From: a virus
Taxonomy: Duplodnaviria > Caudoviricetes
Strand: one strand, 5' to 3'
IMG/VR virus record: IMGVR_UViG_3300033068_001747
Length of the DNA stretch: 64,000 nt
Positions 48,482-57,963 of the stretch are shown piece after piece (position 1 is the first letter of the stretch; the number at the start of each line of letters is the position of its first letter). The translations under genes were made by a program, and so were the position numbers. Under the pieces are notes generated by a model that was not told the DNA's origin, made no database searches, and saw nothing but the letters and a program-made list of their open reading frames with translations.

Positions 48482-48505
48482 AAAAACCCACTTTCGAGTG
48501 GGTTC
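48479..48505. terminator. Intrinsic terminator
   Basis: aaaaaacccact-ttcg-agtgggtt. Confidence 0.75.
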
Positions 48506-48506
48506 T

Positions 48507-48716
48507 TCATTTTCCGATATTTAATACTAGTTTCCATTCACCAGCAGTTGTTTGACCTATAACTTTATAACTTCTAATAGATTCCATTCTGACAAATCTA
48601 AGTATTTTACTCAATTTATCATGAAACATTTCTTGTGACTCTCCATTTTCGAACCACTCAAGTTTGTATTCTATAAATACATCTTTATTTTCATTAAATT
48701 TTTTCAAGTACCTCAT
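48507..48716 (-). CDS. Small tagged protein
   Basis: MRYLKKFNEN. Confidence 0.65.
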   Translation of the reverse strand: MRYLKKFNENKDVFIEYKLEWFENGESQEMFHDKLSKILRFVRMESIRSYKVIGQTTAGEWKLVLNIGK

Positions 48717-48767
48717 ATTATTTTAGTTATCCTATATATAAATAAAATATATGAAAAATATTACTTT

Positions 48768-48914
48768 TTAAGATTCTACATCATTTTTCTTTAAAAAATC
48801 AACAATTATTCTTTCAAATAACTTATTTTTATCGTAACCAACTAGATCAAGATGTTCTTTATAACGCTCTATTATTTCGTTATCTAATGTTAGATATAAA
48901 TTTGCTCTTTCCAT
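48768..48914 (-). CDS. Small ribbon-helix-helix-like protein (48 aa)
   Basis: MERANLYLTLDNEIIERYKEHLDLVGYDKNKLFERIIVDFL. Confidence 0.55.
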   Translation of the reverse strand: MERANLYLTLDNEIIERYKEHLDLVGYDKNKLFERIIVDFLKKNDVES

Positions 48915-48948
48915 ATATTTATATATATAATAAAATTAGATAAAAGTT

Positions 48949-49242
48949 ATGATGTTTAAAATAGTTAATCAATCATTATATTTATGTGATAATATAGGTA
49001 ATCTTGGAAGAAGAATAGCAGAGAATGTTGCCTTTGGTACTTATGACGATTCACAAAAGATTTTTTTAATAACTAACATAGATGGTAAATTAGAAACCAA
49101 AGATATAATGGGTAATAACATTAGAGTTTTATCTCAAGGAGTATTAGAAGCAAGATTCTCAGGAACAGACATTTTAGTTCGTAAAAGAGACGGTAAAAAC
49201 GTTCTAATAGATAAAATGGGTAATATCAAAAGATATTTTTAA
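48949..49242 (+). CDS. Small beta-repeat hypothetical protein
   Basis: Repeated D-x-[IM]-G-N units. Confidence 0.6.
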   Translation: MMFKIVNQSLYLCDNIGNLGRRIAENVAFGTYDDSQKIFLITNIDGKLETKDIMGNNIRVLSQGVLEARFSGTDILVRKRDGKNVLIDKMGNIKRYF

Positions 49243-50852
49243 ATTATTCTTAAATACCTTGGTGTAGAATCAAAAAGATCCGTTTGAATAGAAAGTGCAT
49301 ATCTCATAATACCAGTAATCGCAATATTTGCATCAGTTGGCTCTTCTGACTGAAGAATTGCAAGTGCAACCAATAATTGAATTGATTGTAATTTAGATAT
49401 TAATCTATTCTTAATATTATTTACCTCACTACCTTCTTCTAAGTTACTATACATTTTACTAGCAGCACCACTTTTATTTTTTGTAGATAATTGATCTATA
49501 AGATTGGGTACTAGATCTAATAAATCATTATGTGCTGATAAAATCATATCTCTCAACTCATCTTCAGACTTTGTAACTAATCTAGAATATAGATCAATAT
49601 TTAAGCCATATCTAGTAATAAATCCATTTCTTTCAAAAGATGAAATAATAGAATTAAGTGTTATTTTACCGTGTCTTGAAGATCTTCCTAAAATATCACC
49701 ATCAATATTTCTAGCTTTTCCAGTATCAGAAGAATCAAAAACTATATCTCTGGATGAACTTTCTACTTCTCCTACATCATTAGTTCCTTCAGACATCCAA
49801 ACAGATTTAACTCTTAATTTAGATGCAATACCTTTTAACGGATCATCAGTTATAATAAACCTATCAATTGTAAAATCAGGTAGTTTTTTATTTAACTCTT
49901 TATTAACAATAATCCTATCACCTTCTTTAAATTTTTTAAGTGATACAGGAATAAGTTGATTACTATCAAAATAATGGTCTAATAACTTAACTAAACCACC
50001 TATAGAAGTTTGAGATTTTATTTGTCTATTGATTTCGGATAACGATCTTTCAACAACGATATAAACATCTGCTGGACAAAATTTAGAGAAATTAACTTTA
50101 GAGTTAGATAATTTTTTTAATTCATTATACTTTTTAACAATGTTAACAACAGGTGAAATAGGGTCATTATTAGATTCAAGAAAAACTAAATACTTTCTAT
50201 TATTATTTACTCTTGGAAATATTCCTTTAAAATCAATTAAAATATCAGGGACTCTAATAAAAGTATTTAACCAATCTCTATTAGTTGATAAACTATCTAT
50301 CATCTCACGTGTTAAAGTAAACTTTGGATCTAAATAAATACCAATTCTTTTAAATACTTCATCATTTTTATTAACGTAATTTTCCCAAAAATCAATAACT
50401 CTTTCCTTATCCATTATCTCACCAGGATATCTTAATCTAAATGCAATAAATAAACATTGTATCGCCTCATACTTTCTTGTCAAAACACCAGGTCCTACTG
50501 CACCAAACTCAGAAGTTTTTGTTACTTGATTTAGTTTAAATCCTTTACTACCAGAAAATAAAACATCATCATATTTCGTATGACCAGGTGGCTTAGTAAA
50601 TACTTTCCTTGCCTTATCAGAAGAATAATGATTATTTGTACTAATTGCATCAGCTGCTTTGGCAGGTGTAATCTTTTTACCATCCACCTTCACAGTAGTT
50701 ATGTTTTTTTCACCTTCACCTTTAATTGAAAGTTTTGCTGGCTTTTCTTTTAGTTTTTTAACTAATATATCTCCACGTTTTTCACCACCTCGATCTTTAT
50801 CTAACTCGGTTAAATTAAGCTCAACTTCTTCAAATAATTTTAAGTATTTCAT
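49239..50852 (-). CDS. Tagged protein with a PD-(D/E)xK restriction-endonuclease-like motif
   Basis: MKYLKLFEE at 50852; YE..QC, KFCPADVYIV...LIPVSLKK. Confidence 0.55.
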   Translation of the reverse strand: MKYLKLFEEVELNLTELDKDRGGEKRGDILVKKLKEKPAKLSIKGEGEKNITTVKVDGKKITPAKAADAISTNNHYSSDKARKVFTKPPGHTKYDDVLFSGSKGFKLNQVTKTSEFGAVGPGVLTRKYEAIQCLFIAFRLRYPGEIMDKERVIDFWENYVNKNDEVFKRIGIYLDPKFTLTREMIDSLSTNRDWLNTFIRVPDILIDFKGIFPRVNNNRKYLVFLESNNDPISPVVNIVKKYNELKKLSNSKVNFSKFCPADVYIVVERSLSEINRQIKSQTSIGGLVKLLDHYFDSNQLIPVSLKKFKEGDRIIVNKELNKKLPDFTIDRFIITDDPLKGIASKLRVKSVWMSEGTNDVGEVESSSRDIVFDSSDTGKARNIDGDILGRSSRHGKITLNSIISSFERNGFITRYGLNIDLYSRLVTKSEDELRDMILSAHNDLLDLVPNLIDQLSTKNKSGAASKMYSNLEEGSEVNNIKNRLISKLQSIQLLVALAILQSEEPTDANIAITGIMRYALSIQTDLFDSTPRYLRII

Positions 50853-50900
50853 ATTTGTATATATTAAGTTTTTCACACTAAAAAAATAATATATACAAAT

Positions 50901-52298
50901 ATGAACAATAAATTATCAAAATACGAACAATATCTTTTAGAACAAGATATACAAATGTTATCAGAAGCAAAAATTGTATTCGACGACAAATTTAATGCAC
51001 TCCTTAAAAGAATAAAAACACCAATTTCTAAAAATTTAAGAATGTTAAATGGAACTGAAGTTGATACAAATTATAATTATATCACATTTGATGTAGATAA
51101 AGAAGATAAAGTTTTCTTTATTCCAGATGATAAAGCCAAAAAAGTAGATGATCCATACACATTAAAAAAATCAGATATGAATATTGGTAGATTTGTAAGA
51201 GCAATTCTAACTAAAGCAGGACACGAAGTTAATAATAAAGAACTAGAAGAATTTGTAAGTAAATATAAAGCATCTATTCTAGTAGAAAAAGAATCTTTTA
51301 AAAGATTTGAAATAGTTAAAGGTGATGATATAAAATACTGGTATAATCTTAATCAGTATTATAGAGGAGATGGTACATTAGGTTCTTCTTGTATGAGATA
51401 TGCAAAATGTAGAGACTTTTTAGACATATACTCAAGAAATCCTGAAAGATGTTCTTTGATAATCTTAAAATCAAAAGGAGACGATTATAAAATAACCGGT
51501 AGAGCTTTACTTTGGTTAGATGATAAAGACAGAAAATTTATGGATAGAGTATATATTGAAGATTCTTCAGATACTCAACTATTTATTGATTATGCAATTG
51601 ATAACGGATTCTATTATAAGAAAAATCAAACTTATCAAATAGGTGATCCTATCATGTTTAATGGACAAGAACTAACTAAAGAAGATAGTTGGATTTACAT
51701 TACTTTAGAAAACGGTGGAGAATTTAGCAAATATCCTTATATGGATACTGTCAAATATTATACTCCTTATAGAAATCTACTAACAAATAACTGGACAGAT
51801 TCATACGAATATGAACTAACCGATACCGAAGGTGGTAATGGTTCTTGTTCTAACTGCGGTGGTTCGGGAGAAGTAGAATGTGAAGATTGTTGTGGTTCAG
51901 GAGAATACAGATGTTGGAGATGTGAAGGTGAAGGTGAAGTAGAATGTAGAGAATGTGATGGTTATGGAGAAGTAGATTGCCATGTTTGTGATGGTCATGG
52001 AGAAGTCGAATGTCCAGTTTGTGATGGTTATGCAGAAGTAACTTGTCCTCAATGTGATGGATCTGGTGAGTTTGAAGAAGGTCCTTGTGACAATTGTGAC
52101 TCATCAGGTAAAATACCTTGTTATAATTGTGAAACTGGTCAACTTACTTGCCCAGAATGTGAAGGAAGTTGTAAAGAAGAATGTGAAGATTGTGAAGGTA
52201 AAGGACTAGAAGAATGTACCTCTTGTGACGGAGATGGAACAACAGAGTGTCAAGAGTGTGGTGGAGATGGAAGAATAATATGTTATGAATGTAGTTAA
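50901..52298 (+). CDS. Paralog family B with 14 CxxC Zn motifs
   Basis: GSSCMRY, GRALLW, MDRVY, YPYMDT; 14 CxxC. Confidence 0.75.
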   Translation: MNNKLSKYEQYLLEQDIQMLSEAKIVFDDKFNALLKRIKTPISKNLRMLNGTEVDTNYNYITFDVDKEDKVFFIPDDKAKKVDDPYTLKKSDMNIGRFVRAILTKAGHEVNNKELEEFVSKYKASILVEKESFKRFEIVKGDDIKYWYNLNQYYRGDGTLGSSCMRYAKCRDFLDIYSRNPERCSLIILKSKGDDYKITGRALLWLDDKDRKFMDRVYIEDSSDTQLFIDYAIDNGFYYKKNQTYQIGDPIMFNGQELTKEDSWIYITLENGGEFSKYPYMDTVKYYTPYRNLLTNNWTDSYEYELTDTEGGNGSCSNCGGSGEVECEDCCGSGEYRCWRCEGEGEVECRECDGYGEVDCHVCDGHGEVECPVCDGYAEVTCPQCDGSGEFEEGPCDNCDSSGKIPCYNCETGQLTCPECEGSCKEECEDCEGKGLEECTSCDGDGTTECQECGGDGRIICYECS

Positions 52299-52303
52299 AT
52301 TAT

Positions 52304-52822
52304 ATGATATACTTAAAAAAATTTAATGAGTCTAAAAAGCTCACAGAAGATGATATTACTTATTCAGTATTAGAAATATTGGATGAGGGGTTTACTTTTA
52401 ATGGAAATGCTTCTACATTTAACTTTAATTCTCAAATGAACATGATTTCATTTGTTAGAAGATGTGATACTAATAAAAATGAAATATTACCAGGTGAACG
52501 TAAATATGCAGATCCTCGTGATAAAGGAAGATGGATTTTAGCAGTAACAGGAATTCAAAGAAATGGTGACTATTCGGGATTTCAATATGGTAATGTTTGG
52601 AGAAAAAGAAACTATGAAATTCCTAAAGAACAAGAATACCTACGTAATATAGGATTTGAATCTGCAATTAAATTATTAAGACTAACTGATTATAAATACG
52701 TAACCTTATCAATACATTCAATACCAGGTGGATCTTGGAAAGAACCATTTTTTACAACAACAGAGTGTATTAAGTTTCAATTCAGTAATAATTTTGATGT
52801 TTCACCAATATCAGAAGATTAA
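52304..52822 (+). CDS. Tagged hypothetical protein (family A-like N-terminus)
   Basis: MIYLKKFNES...EILDEGF. Confidence 0.65.
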   Translation: MIYLKKFNESKKLTEDDITYSVLEILDEGFTFNGNASTFNFNSQMNMISFVRRCDTNKNEILPGERKYADPRDKGRWILAVTGIQRNGDYSGFQYGNVWRKRNYEIPKEQEYLRNIGFESAIKLLRLTDYKYVTLSIHSIPGGSWKEPFFTTTECIKFQFSNNFDVSPISED

Positions 52823-52847
52823 ACTTTTTAACTTTTTTTCATAAAAT
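52820..52847 (+). promoter_or_regulatory. TAAAC-N17-TAAAAT promoter
   Basis: Ends 4 nt before the DHFR ATG. Confidence 0.5.
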
Positions 52848-52851
52848 CTTT

Positions 52852-53358
52852 ATGATAACAATAATAGCTGCAGCAGGAGAAAATAACTCTCTAGGTAAAG
52901 ACAACGACTTAGTTTGGCACTTACCAGACGACTTTAAAAGATTTAAACAACTTACATCAGGTAATTATATACTTATGGGTAGAAAAACATTTGAAAGTTT
53001 TCCTAAACCATTACCTAATAGAAAACATTTAATTATAACAAGACAGGAAAACTATTCTGTACCTGAAAATTGTTTTGTTTTTGATAGTATTTCTAAAGCA
53101 TTAGATTTTATTCCATTTACTGGAACTATTGAAAAACCAACTACAGATGTTTGGATAATTGGTGGTGGAGAAATCTATAAACAATCAATGGAAATAGCAG
53201 ATAGAATTGAACTAACAAGAGTACATTCCGAATTTGAAGCAGATACTTTCTTTCCAGAAATTGGTAAAGAATGGGAATTAGTAAATGAAGAACATCATAG
53301 TTCTGATGAAAAACACAAATACAATTTTACATATTTAACTTATGACAAAAGAATATAA
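52852..53358 (+). CDS. folA: Dihydrofolate reductase
   Basis: LVWHLPDDFKRFK, MGRKTFES, PLPNR, IIGGGEIY, ADTFFP. Confidence 0.95.
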   Translation: MITIIAAAGENNSLGKDNDLVWHLPDDFKRFKQLTSGNYILMGRKTFESFPKPLPNRKHLIITRQENYSVPENCFVFDSISKALDFIPFTGTIEKPTTDVWIIGGGEIYKQSMEIADRIELTRVHSEFEADTFFPEIGKEWELVNEEHHSSDEKHKYNFTYLTYDKRI

Positions 53359-53602
53359 AAAACAAATTGTAAAGGATTATCTTATCAAGCTAGAAAAGAA
53401 TCAAGCTAGAATTATAATAAATGGAATTGATGATTTTAGTGATCATCCTTTTAGACCTTGGGTTAAAATATTTTATAGTGTTATAAAAAGAAAAAATAAA
53501 TTATACACTAAAGTAAATAAAGTATGGTCTGAATATGGGACTTTTGATAGTTTATTTATCTCTGAAATTAGAGACCAACGATTAAATGATTTAGGTGTTT
53601 AA
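53342..53602 (+). CDS. Small protein with C-terminal RD-motif
   Basis: Ends IRDQRLNDLGV. Confidence 0.6.
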   Translation: MTKEYKKQIVKDYLIKLEKNQARIIINGIDDFSDHPFRPWVKIFYSVIKRKNKLYTKVNKVWSEYGTFDSLFISEIRDQRLNDLGV

Positions 53603-54291
53603 CGACGACCGTAATTTTTCACTTGTTGTTGAGTTCTATTATCTTTATCAGATGCTGCAAAATATTTAATTACATTTGGATCTTTAAAATTATCCATCAG
53701 TTTACTATTTCTTAGACTATGATCTCTAAGATCTAATCTTTTCATATGATGATAATCTCCAACGATTCTTTTAATATTCAATTCTGGATTTTCTTTATAT
53801 AACCAATAAGGAACTTTAACATAGAAAAACCCTTCTTTTTCAGGAACTTCTCCTAAAATAGCAATTTGTGAAGTTGGCAAAGTACCTTTATGAAAAGTAA
53901 CAGAGTAAGGTCTAGCATTATCTATAAAAGTTGCAGTATCTGCAGCAAATTCTTTAATATTTAAAATTTCAATTGACTTTTCATTTTGTTTAGTAATAAA
54001 GTAAGCTGCAATTATTGCTCTTTCATCTGCCAAATAAGTAGCTTTATTAAAATCAAACTCTATATCGTCTCTATAGATATGTTTATCCAATGGTTTATAC
54101 TCTGCATAAAACTCGGTAGGTTTTGTATACCACTTATGTTCTGGCTTATCAATTCTATAATAGGAAATATAACCTGGCTTATCAGGATTTAATATAAATA
54201 TTTTCTGACCTTTATCATTGATCCATTTTGTACCAAATTCTGGTAACTCCTGTGTTGATTCAAATATCTTAAACTTTTTTAGAAACTGCAT
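53599..54291 (-). CDS. Tagged hypothetical protein
   Basis: MQFLKKFKIFES at 54291; TTAATATATA at 54311-20. Confidence 0.65.
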   Translation of the reverse strand: MQFLKKFKIFESTQELPEFGTKWINDKGQKIFILNPDKPGYISYYRIDKPEHKWYTKPTEFYAEYKPLDKHIYRDDIEFDFNKATYLADERAIIAAYFITKQNEKSIEILNIKEFAADTATFIDNARPYSVTFHKGTLPTSQIAILGEVPEKEGFFYVKVPYWLYKENPELNIKRIVGDYHHMKRLDLRDHSLRNSKLMDNFKDPNVIKYFAASDKDNRTQQQVKNYGRR

Positions 54292-54342
54292 TATAAAAAT
54301 TACTTTTTTGTATATATTAAAAATTAAATGTAACTTTGTAAA

Positions 54343-54624
54343 ATGAGAAATAAATTTGACCTTAATAAACCTGTTTATCATAAATCTTATGGTAAAATGA
54401 CTATCGAACGATACTTAGAAGCCAATTTAGATGAACCAGATACAGAAAATCAATATGATTGTGAGTATGGTTATGAAAATATCTGGGTAGGTGATAGACC
54501 AAAATTTAAAAGAAATACATCACTTTTTAAAGAATCAGATTTAATGTCAGAAGAAGATTACAACGCTTGGTTACTATCAAATAAAAGAGAAGAAACATTG
54601 AAAAATATATTAAAAGATACCTAA
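54343..54624 (+). CDS. Small protein with C-terminal RD-motif
   Basis: KREETLKNILK; TAACTTTG at 54331-38 ends 4 nt before the ATG. Confidence 0.65.
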   Translation: MRNKFDLNKPVYHKSYGKMTIERYLEANLDEPDTENQYDCEYGYENIWVGDRPKFKRNTSLFKESDLMSEEDYNAWLLSNKREETLKNILKDT

Positions 54625-54656
54625 TTTTAATATATAATGAAAAATAAATTCCTACG

Positions 54657-55040
54657 ATGAAAAAAACACTAATCAATTGCAAGATTACTTATCAACAAGA
54701 ATCACTTAAAAACACTTTAACTGCAATTTTTTATGAACATTCGAGGAATAAATTTATTAAACTTCATGGTAAAATCTCAACAGAACTAACTCAAGATTTA
54801 CATCACAGAAGTTCACACATTTCACAACTAGATTTTACCAACTTCAAAGAAGATGTAGAACCAACAGAAGAAGAATTAGTAAAAATTTATCAAGAACTAC
54901 TTTCAAAGAAAAATTCTGGTAACTCTTTAAGATATAAAGTATCTAAACTTGAAGACTTTGAAATAAAAGCATTTGAACTTTTATCAGAAAAATTAACTTC
55001 ATATTTTAGAAATGAAAAATTAAATTCTATTGGAGTTTAA
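54657..55040 (+). CDS. Hypothetical protein with C-terminal RD-motif
   Basis: Ends FRNEKLNSIGV. Confidence 0.65.
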   Translation: MKKTLINCKITYQQESLKNTLTAIFYEHSRNKFIKLHGKISTELTQDLHHRSSHISQLDFTNFKEDVEPTEEELVKIYQELLSKKNSGNSLRYKVSKLEDFEIKAFELLSEKLTSYFRNEKLNSIGV

Positions 55041-55066
55041 ATTTTTTATTTCGTATATTTGTTATT

Positions 55067-55444
55067 ATGGAAGAAATAATAGGAAATATGGAACATACAG
55101 AAGTGAGTAGAACACTTATTGACCGAATACTTGGTCGAAAAAAAGACATTGATAAGATTGTTAAAGTTAGAAAACAAATCATTACAATTAAAAAAAGTTT
55201 TAATGATGCTAAACTAACTAGACGTGTAGGTACATTTGATAATGTATATTATAAAATGTTTACCTTAATGAACGAAAGTGTAATGGATGAAAAATTAGTT
55301 TATATGAACTTAGGCGGTGAAATACTATTAAAGAAACTAACTGATACAAGAGACGAACTTGTCGAACTTTTGAAGAGTGTCATCGATATATCAGATATAC
55401 AGAAAGAGATTAGAGAAGATAAACTTAAATCAATTGGAATATAA
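55067..55444 (+). CDS. Hypothetical protein with C-terminal RD-motif
   Basis: Ends IREDKLKSIGI; TATATTTG at 55054-61. Confidence 0.65.
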   Translation: MEEIIGNMEHTEVSRTLIDRILGRKKDIDKIVKVRKQIITIKKSFNDAKLTRRVGTFDNVYYKMFTLMNESVMDEKLVYMNLGGEILLKKLTDTRDELVELLKSVIDISDIQKEIREDKLKSIGI

Positions 55445-55773
55445 TGGATAAAACAAGTGAAATAGTTTTCAACGGAAAGTTTGAAAAAGGTATGATCTTT
55501 CAAGAAATGTTGACATTTTGGCTAGGTATATTAGATATAACCGATGATGGTGTAATAATTACATTACAAGGTAATCGTATTAAGGAAATGAAACTAAAGA
55601 AATATACCAAAGATGAACTTATTACTTTTATGAAGTACGAAACAATTGATAATAAGTGTTGGTTAGATTATAGAAGTACTGAACCTGATAGAGTACGAGA
55701 TTGGTTTATACAAAAAGTAGAACACGATTCAATAGAAAATCGAAGAGATATAAAAATTGATTTATTGACATAA
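55444..55773 (+). CDS. Hypothetical protein with C-terminal RD-motif
   Basis: Ends RRDIKIDLLT. Confidence 0.6.
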   Translation: MDKTSEIVFNGKFEKGMIFQEMLTFWLGILDITDDGVIITLQGNRIKEMKLKKYTKDELITFMKYETIDNKCWLDYRSTEPDRVRDWFIQKVEHDSIENRRDIKIDLLT

Positions 55774-55875
55774 AAAAATAAAATCCACTAAACAAAAGTG
55801 GATTTTTTTATATATATCAAGAACAAATTAAAAATATGGACTGAATTAGCTTTCGGTTCAAAAAAAAAATTCTTT

Positions 55876-56751
55876 ATGCAAAACACTTTAATGTACAATT
55901 CTCTAGTTCAAAAACTAAGAGAATTTTTTTTGGAAAAAAACTTCGTAGAAGTTCCAACACAACCTAGATTATCAATCTTAGCAGCTTGTGAAAACCCTCA
56001 CTCTGTTGCTACCTATGAATGGAATGGCTTAGTATGGCCTTTACCACAAACAGGACAAATGCACTTAGAAGTAGAACTTCTTAAAAATCCACAATGGGAC
56101 GGTGTATTCTGTATAACAACTTCTTACCGTGCTGAGAAAAATCCAATCCCTGGAAGACACGAAACAATTTTCCCAATGTTTGAATTTGAATCAAAAGGTG
56201 GAATCGAAGAATTGAAAAAACTTGAAGCTGAACTTTTAGTTTACTTAGGATTCGGAGAACCAGTTGAAAGAAAATATGACGATTTATGTGAAGAGTACGG
56301 TGGTGTACAAATCTTAGAAGACGAACATGAATCAAGAATGTGGAAAGAATTAGGACATTGTGTTTCTTTACAACAATTTCCACTAAGAACAAATCCTTTC
56401 TGGAATATGCTACCAGTTGGTGACGGTACATTCAACAAAATTGACATTATCTTATTCGGTCAAGAAACAATAGGATCTGCAGAAAGAAGTTGTGATGTTG
56501 CTAGAATGAGAGAACTTTTCCATACAATTGAAAATGGTGCTTATGCTGCTAAATTATTTGAATTATTTGGTCAAGAAAGAGTAGAGAAGGAATTAGAAGA
56601 CTTCTTTAGTTTAGATTTCATACCAAGATATGGTGCAGGAATCGGTCTAACAAGATTAGCAAGAGCAATGGAACTTCTAATCGAAGATAATCAAAAAGTA
56701 GCAGAAGAGTTAAATCTTCTAAATAAAAAAGTTACAGAAGTATATTCATAA
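55876..56751 (+). CDS. Class IIb aaRS catalytic-core protein lacking the anticodon-binding domain (AsnRS-like)
   Basis: LREFF...FVEVPT (motif 1), QTGQMHLE, YRAE...RH...F..FEFE (motif 2), ETIGSAER, GAGIGLTRL (motif 3). Confidence 0.8.
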   Translation: MQNTLMYNSLVQKLREFFLEKNFVEVPTQPRLSILAACENPHSVATYEWNGLVWPLPQTGQMHLEVELLKNPQWDGVFCITTSYRAEKNPIPGRHETIFPMFEFESKGGIEELKKLEAELLVYLGFGEPVERKYDDLCEEYGGVQILEDEHESRMWKELGHCVSLQQFPLRTNPFWNMLPVGDGTFNKIDIILFGQETIGSAERSCDVARMRELFHTIENGAYAAKLFELFGQERVEKELEDFFSLDFIPRYGAGIGLTRLARAMELLIEDNQKVAEELNLLNKKVTEVYS

Positions 56752-56753
56752 AA

Positions 56754-56781
56754 AAAAAGAGAGACGAAAGTCTCTCTTTTT
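56754..56781. terminator. Intrinsic terminator (copy 1 of a direct repeat)
   Basis: aaaaagagagac-gaaa-gtctctcttttt. Confidence 0.8.
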
Positions 56782-56826
56782 CATTTTTTAATAATAATAT
56801 ATAAGTTATAAAAAAAAAATGAAAAA

Positions 56827-57312
56827 ATGATTTATTTAAAAACTTTTGAAAAATATTCGGTTACTGAAGCAAATTTTAAAGATAAGCTTTACAATGCAAG
56901 TACCATTATAACTGGAAAGCCAATGACTTGGGAAATAAACAAAGAAAAAAATGAAAGACTTACTAGAGAAGTTGCACAAATTCTTATAGATAGAGGATAT
57001 AATCTAAATGAAGAAGGTGGAACTATGACAGATGGTTCAGAAATTTGGTCACTTCAAGATCAAGGAATGCAACCAATTGTCTTTAAAGCCAAACCTGATT
57101 ACTATGATAAAAGCATATTACAAATTGTAGTTAGTTTTTATTTCCCAAACAGAGAACATAGTGGTGAAAGTGAAATAATTGATATAGATGAAAATGACTT
57201 AGAAAGAACTGCAGATAAAGTATCAGAAGTTCTTGAAAGACTTAGAGCATTAGGTCATAGAGGTAATACATTTAGTAAACAAGGTAGTATTAAACTTCGA
57301 CTTGAAGACTAA
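56827..57312 (+). CDS. Tagged hypothetical protein
   Basis: MIYLKTFEKY. Confidence 0.7.
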   Translation: MIYLKTFEKYSVTEANFKDKLYNASTIITGKPMTWEINKEKNERLTREVAQILIDRGYNLNEEGGTMTDGSEIWSLQDQGMQPIVFKAKPDYYDKSILQIVVSFYFPNREHSGESEIIDIDENDLERTADKVSEVLERLRALGHRGNTFSKQGSIKLRLED

Positions 57313-57313
57313 T

Positions 57314-57341
57314 AAAAAGAGAGACGAAAGTCTCTTTTTTT
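57314..57341. terminator. Intrinsic terminator (copy 2 of a direct repeat)
   Basis: aaaaagagagac-gaaa-gtctctttttt. Confidence 0.8.
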
Positions 57342-57762
57342 ATTTTTTATAACTAATCATTAAACCTAATCCCCATAGACTAGTATTCTCAACATTATCT
57401 TTAATAACTTGTTCTAATTTATAAAATTTGAAACCATTATGACTATCATCAGTATTAAAAAAAACTTCACCAACTTGACCATTTCCCGAAAAATTATCCA
57501 ACTCATATCTTCTTTCTAACATCTGTAAAAATGGAATATAATAATTCTTTACATCATTCCAATAAAATAGATCATATTCTTCTTGCCTTGGTAAATTAAG
57601 ATTTATCTTAAAAACTCTGATGTCTTTTCTCCAAGTATCTTCATAAACATCAATCTCATATCCCTCATCCAAAAGATAAGCTAAAGAGCTATTACAGAAA
57701 TCTTTTAACTCTTCTACTTCATCAGGTTGTAAATCTTCATTAAATCTTTTTAAAAATCTCAT
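57340..57762 (-). CDS. Tagged protein (paralog family A)
   Basis: MRFLKRFNE; FCNSSLAYLLDEGY...FYWNDVKNYYIPFL. Confidence 0.7.
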   Translation of the reverse strand: MRFLKRFNEDLQPDEVEELKDFCNSSLAYLLDEGYEIDVYEDTWRKDIRVFKINLNLPRQEEYDLFYWNDVKNYYIPFLQMLERRYELDNFSGNGQVGEVFFNTDDSHNGFKFYKLEQVIKDNVENTSLWGLGLMISYKK

Positions 57763-57780
57763 ATACTATATATTAAGATT

Positions 57781-57963
57781 TTATTTTAATAACTTATCAA
57801 TCTTTTGATCCCTAATATAAGCTAAACTATTTCTATAAATTTTTTCAATTGTATTTTGTGGATCATAACCATACTTCTGTAAATCCATAATTTGTTCTCT
57901 TGTTAAAGGTAAAGTAATACCATTACAAACTACCATATGGTTATCATCAAACTCTATTTTCAC
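57781..57963 (-). CDS. Small protein with C-terminal RD-motif
   Basis: Ends IRDQKIDKLLK. Confidence 0.6.
   Translation of the reverse strand: MKIEFDDNHMVVCNGITLPLTREQIMDLQKYGYDPQNTIEKIYRNSLAYIRDQKIDKLLK

Noticed and set aside
37143-52298. Calling the CxxCxGxG proteins DnaJ
   Set aside because: No J-domain or HPD motif; only the Zn repeats are shared.
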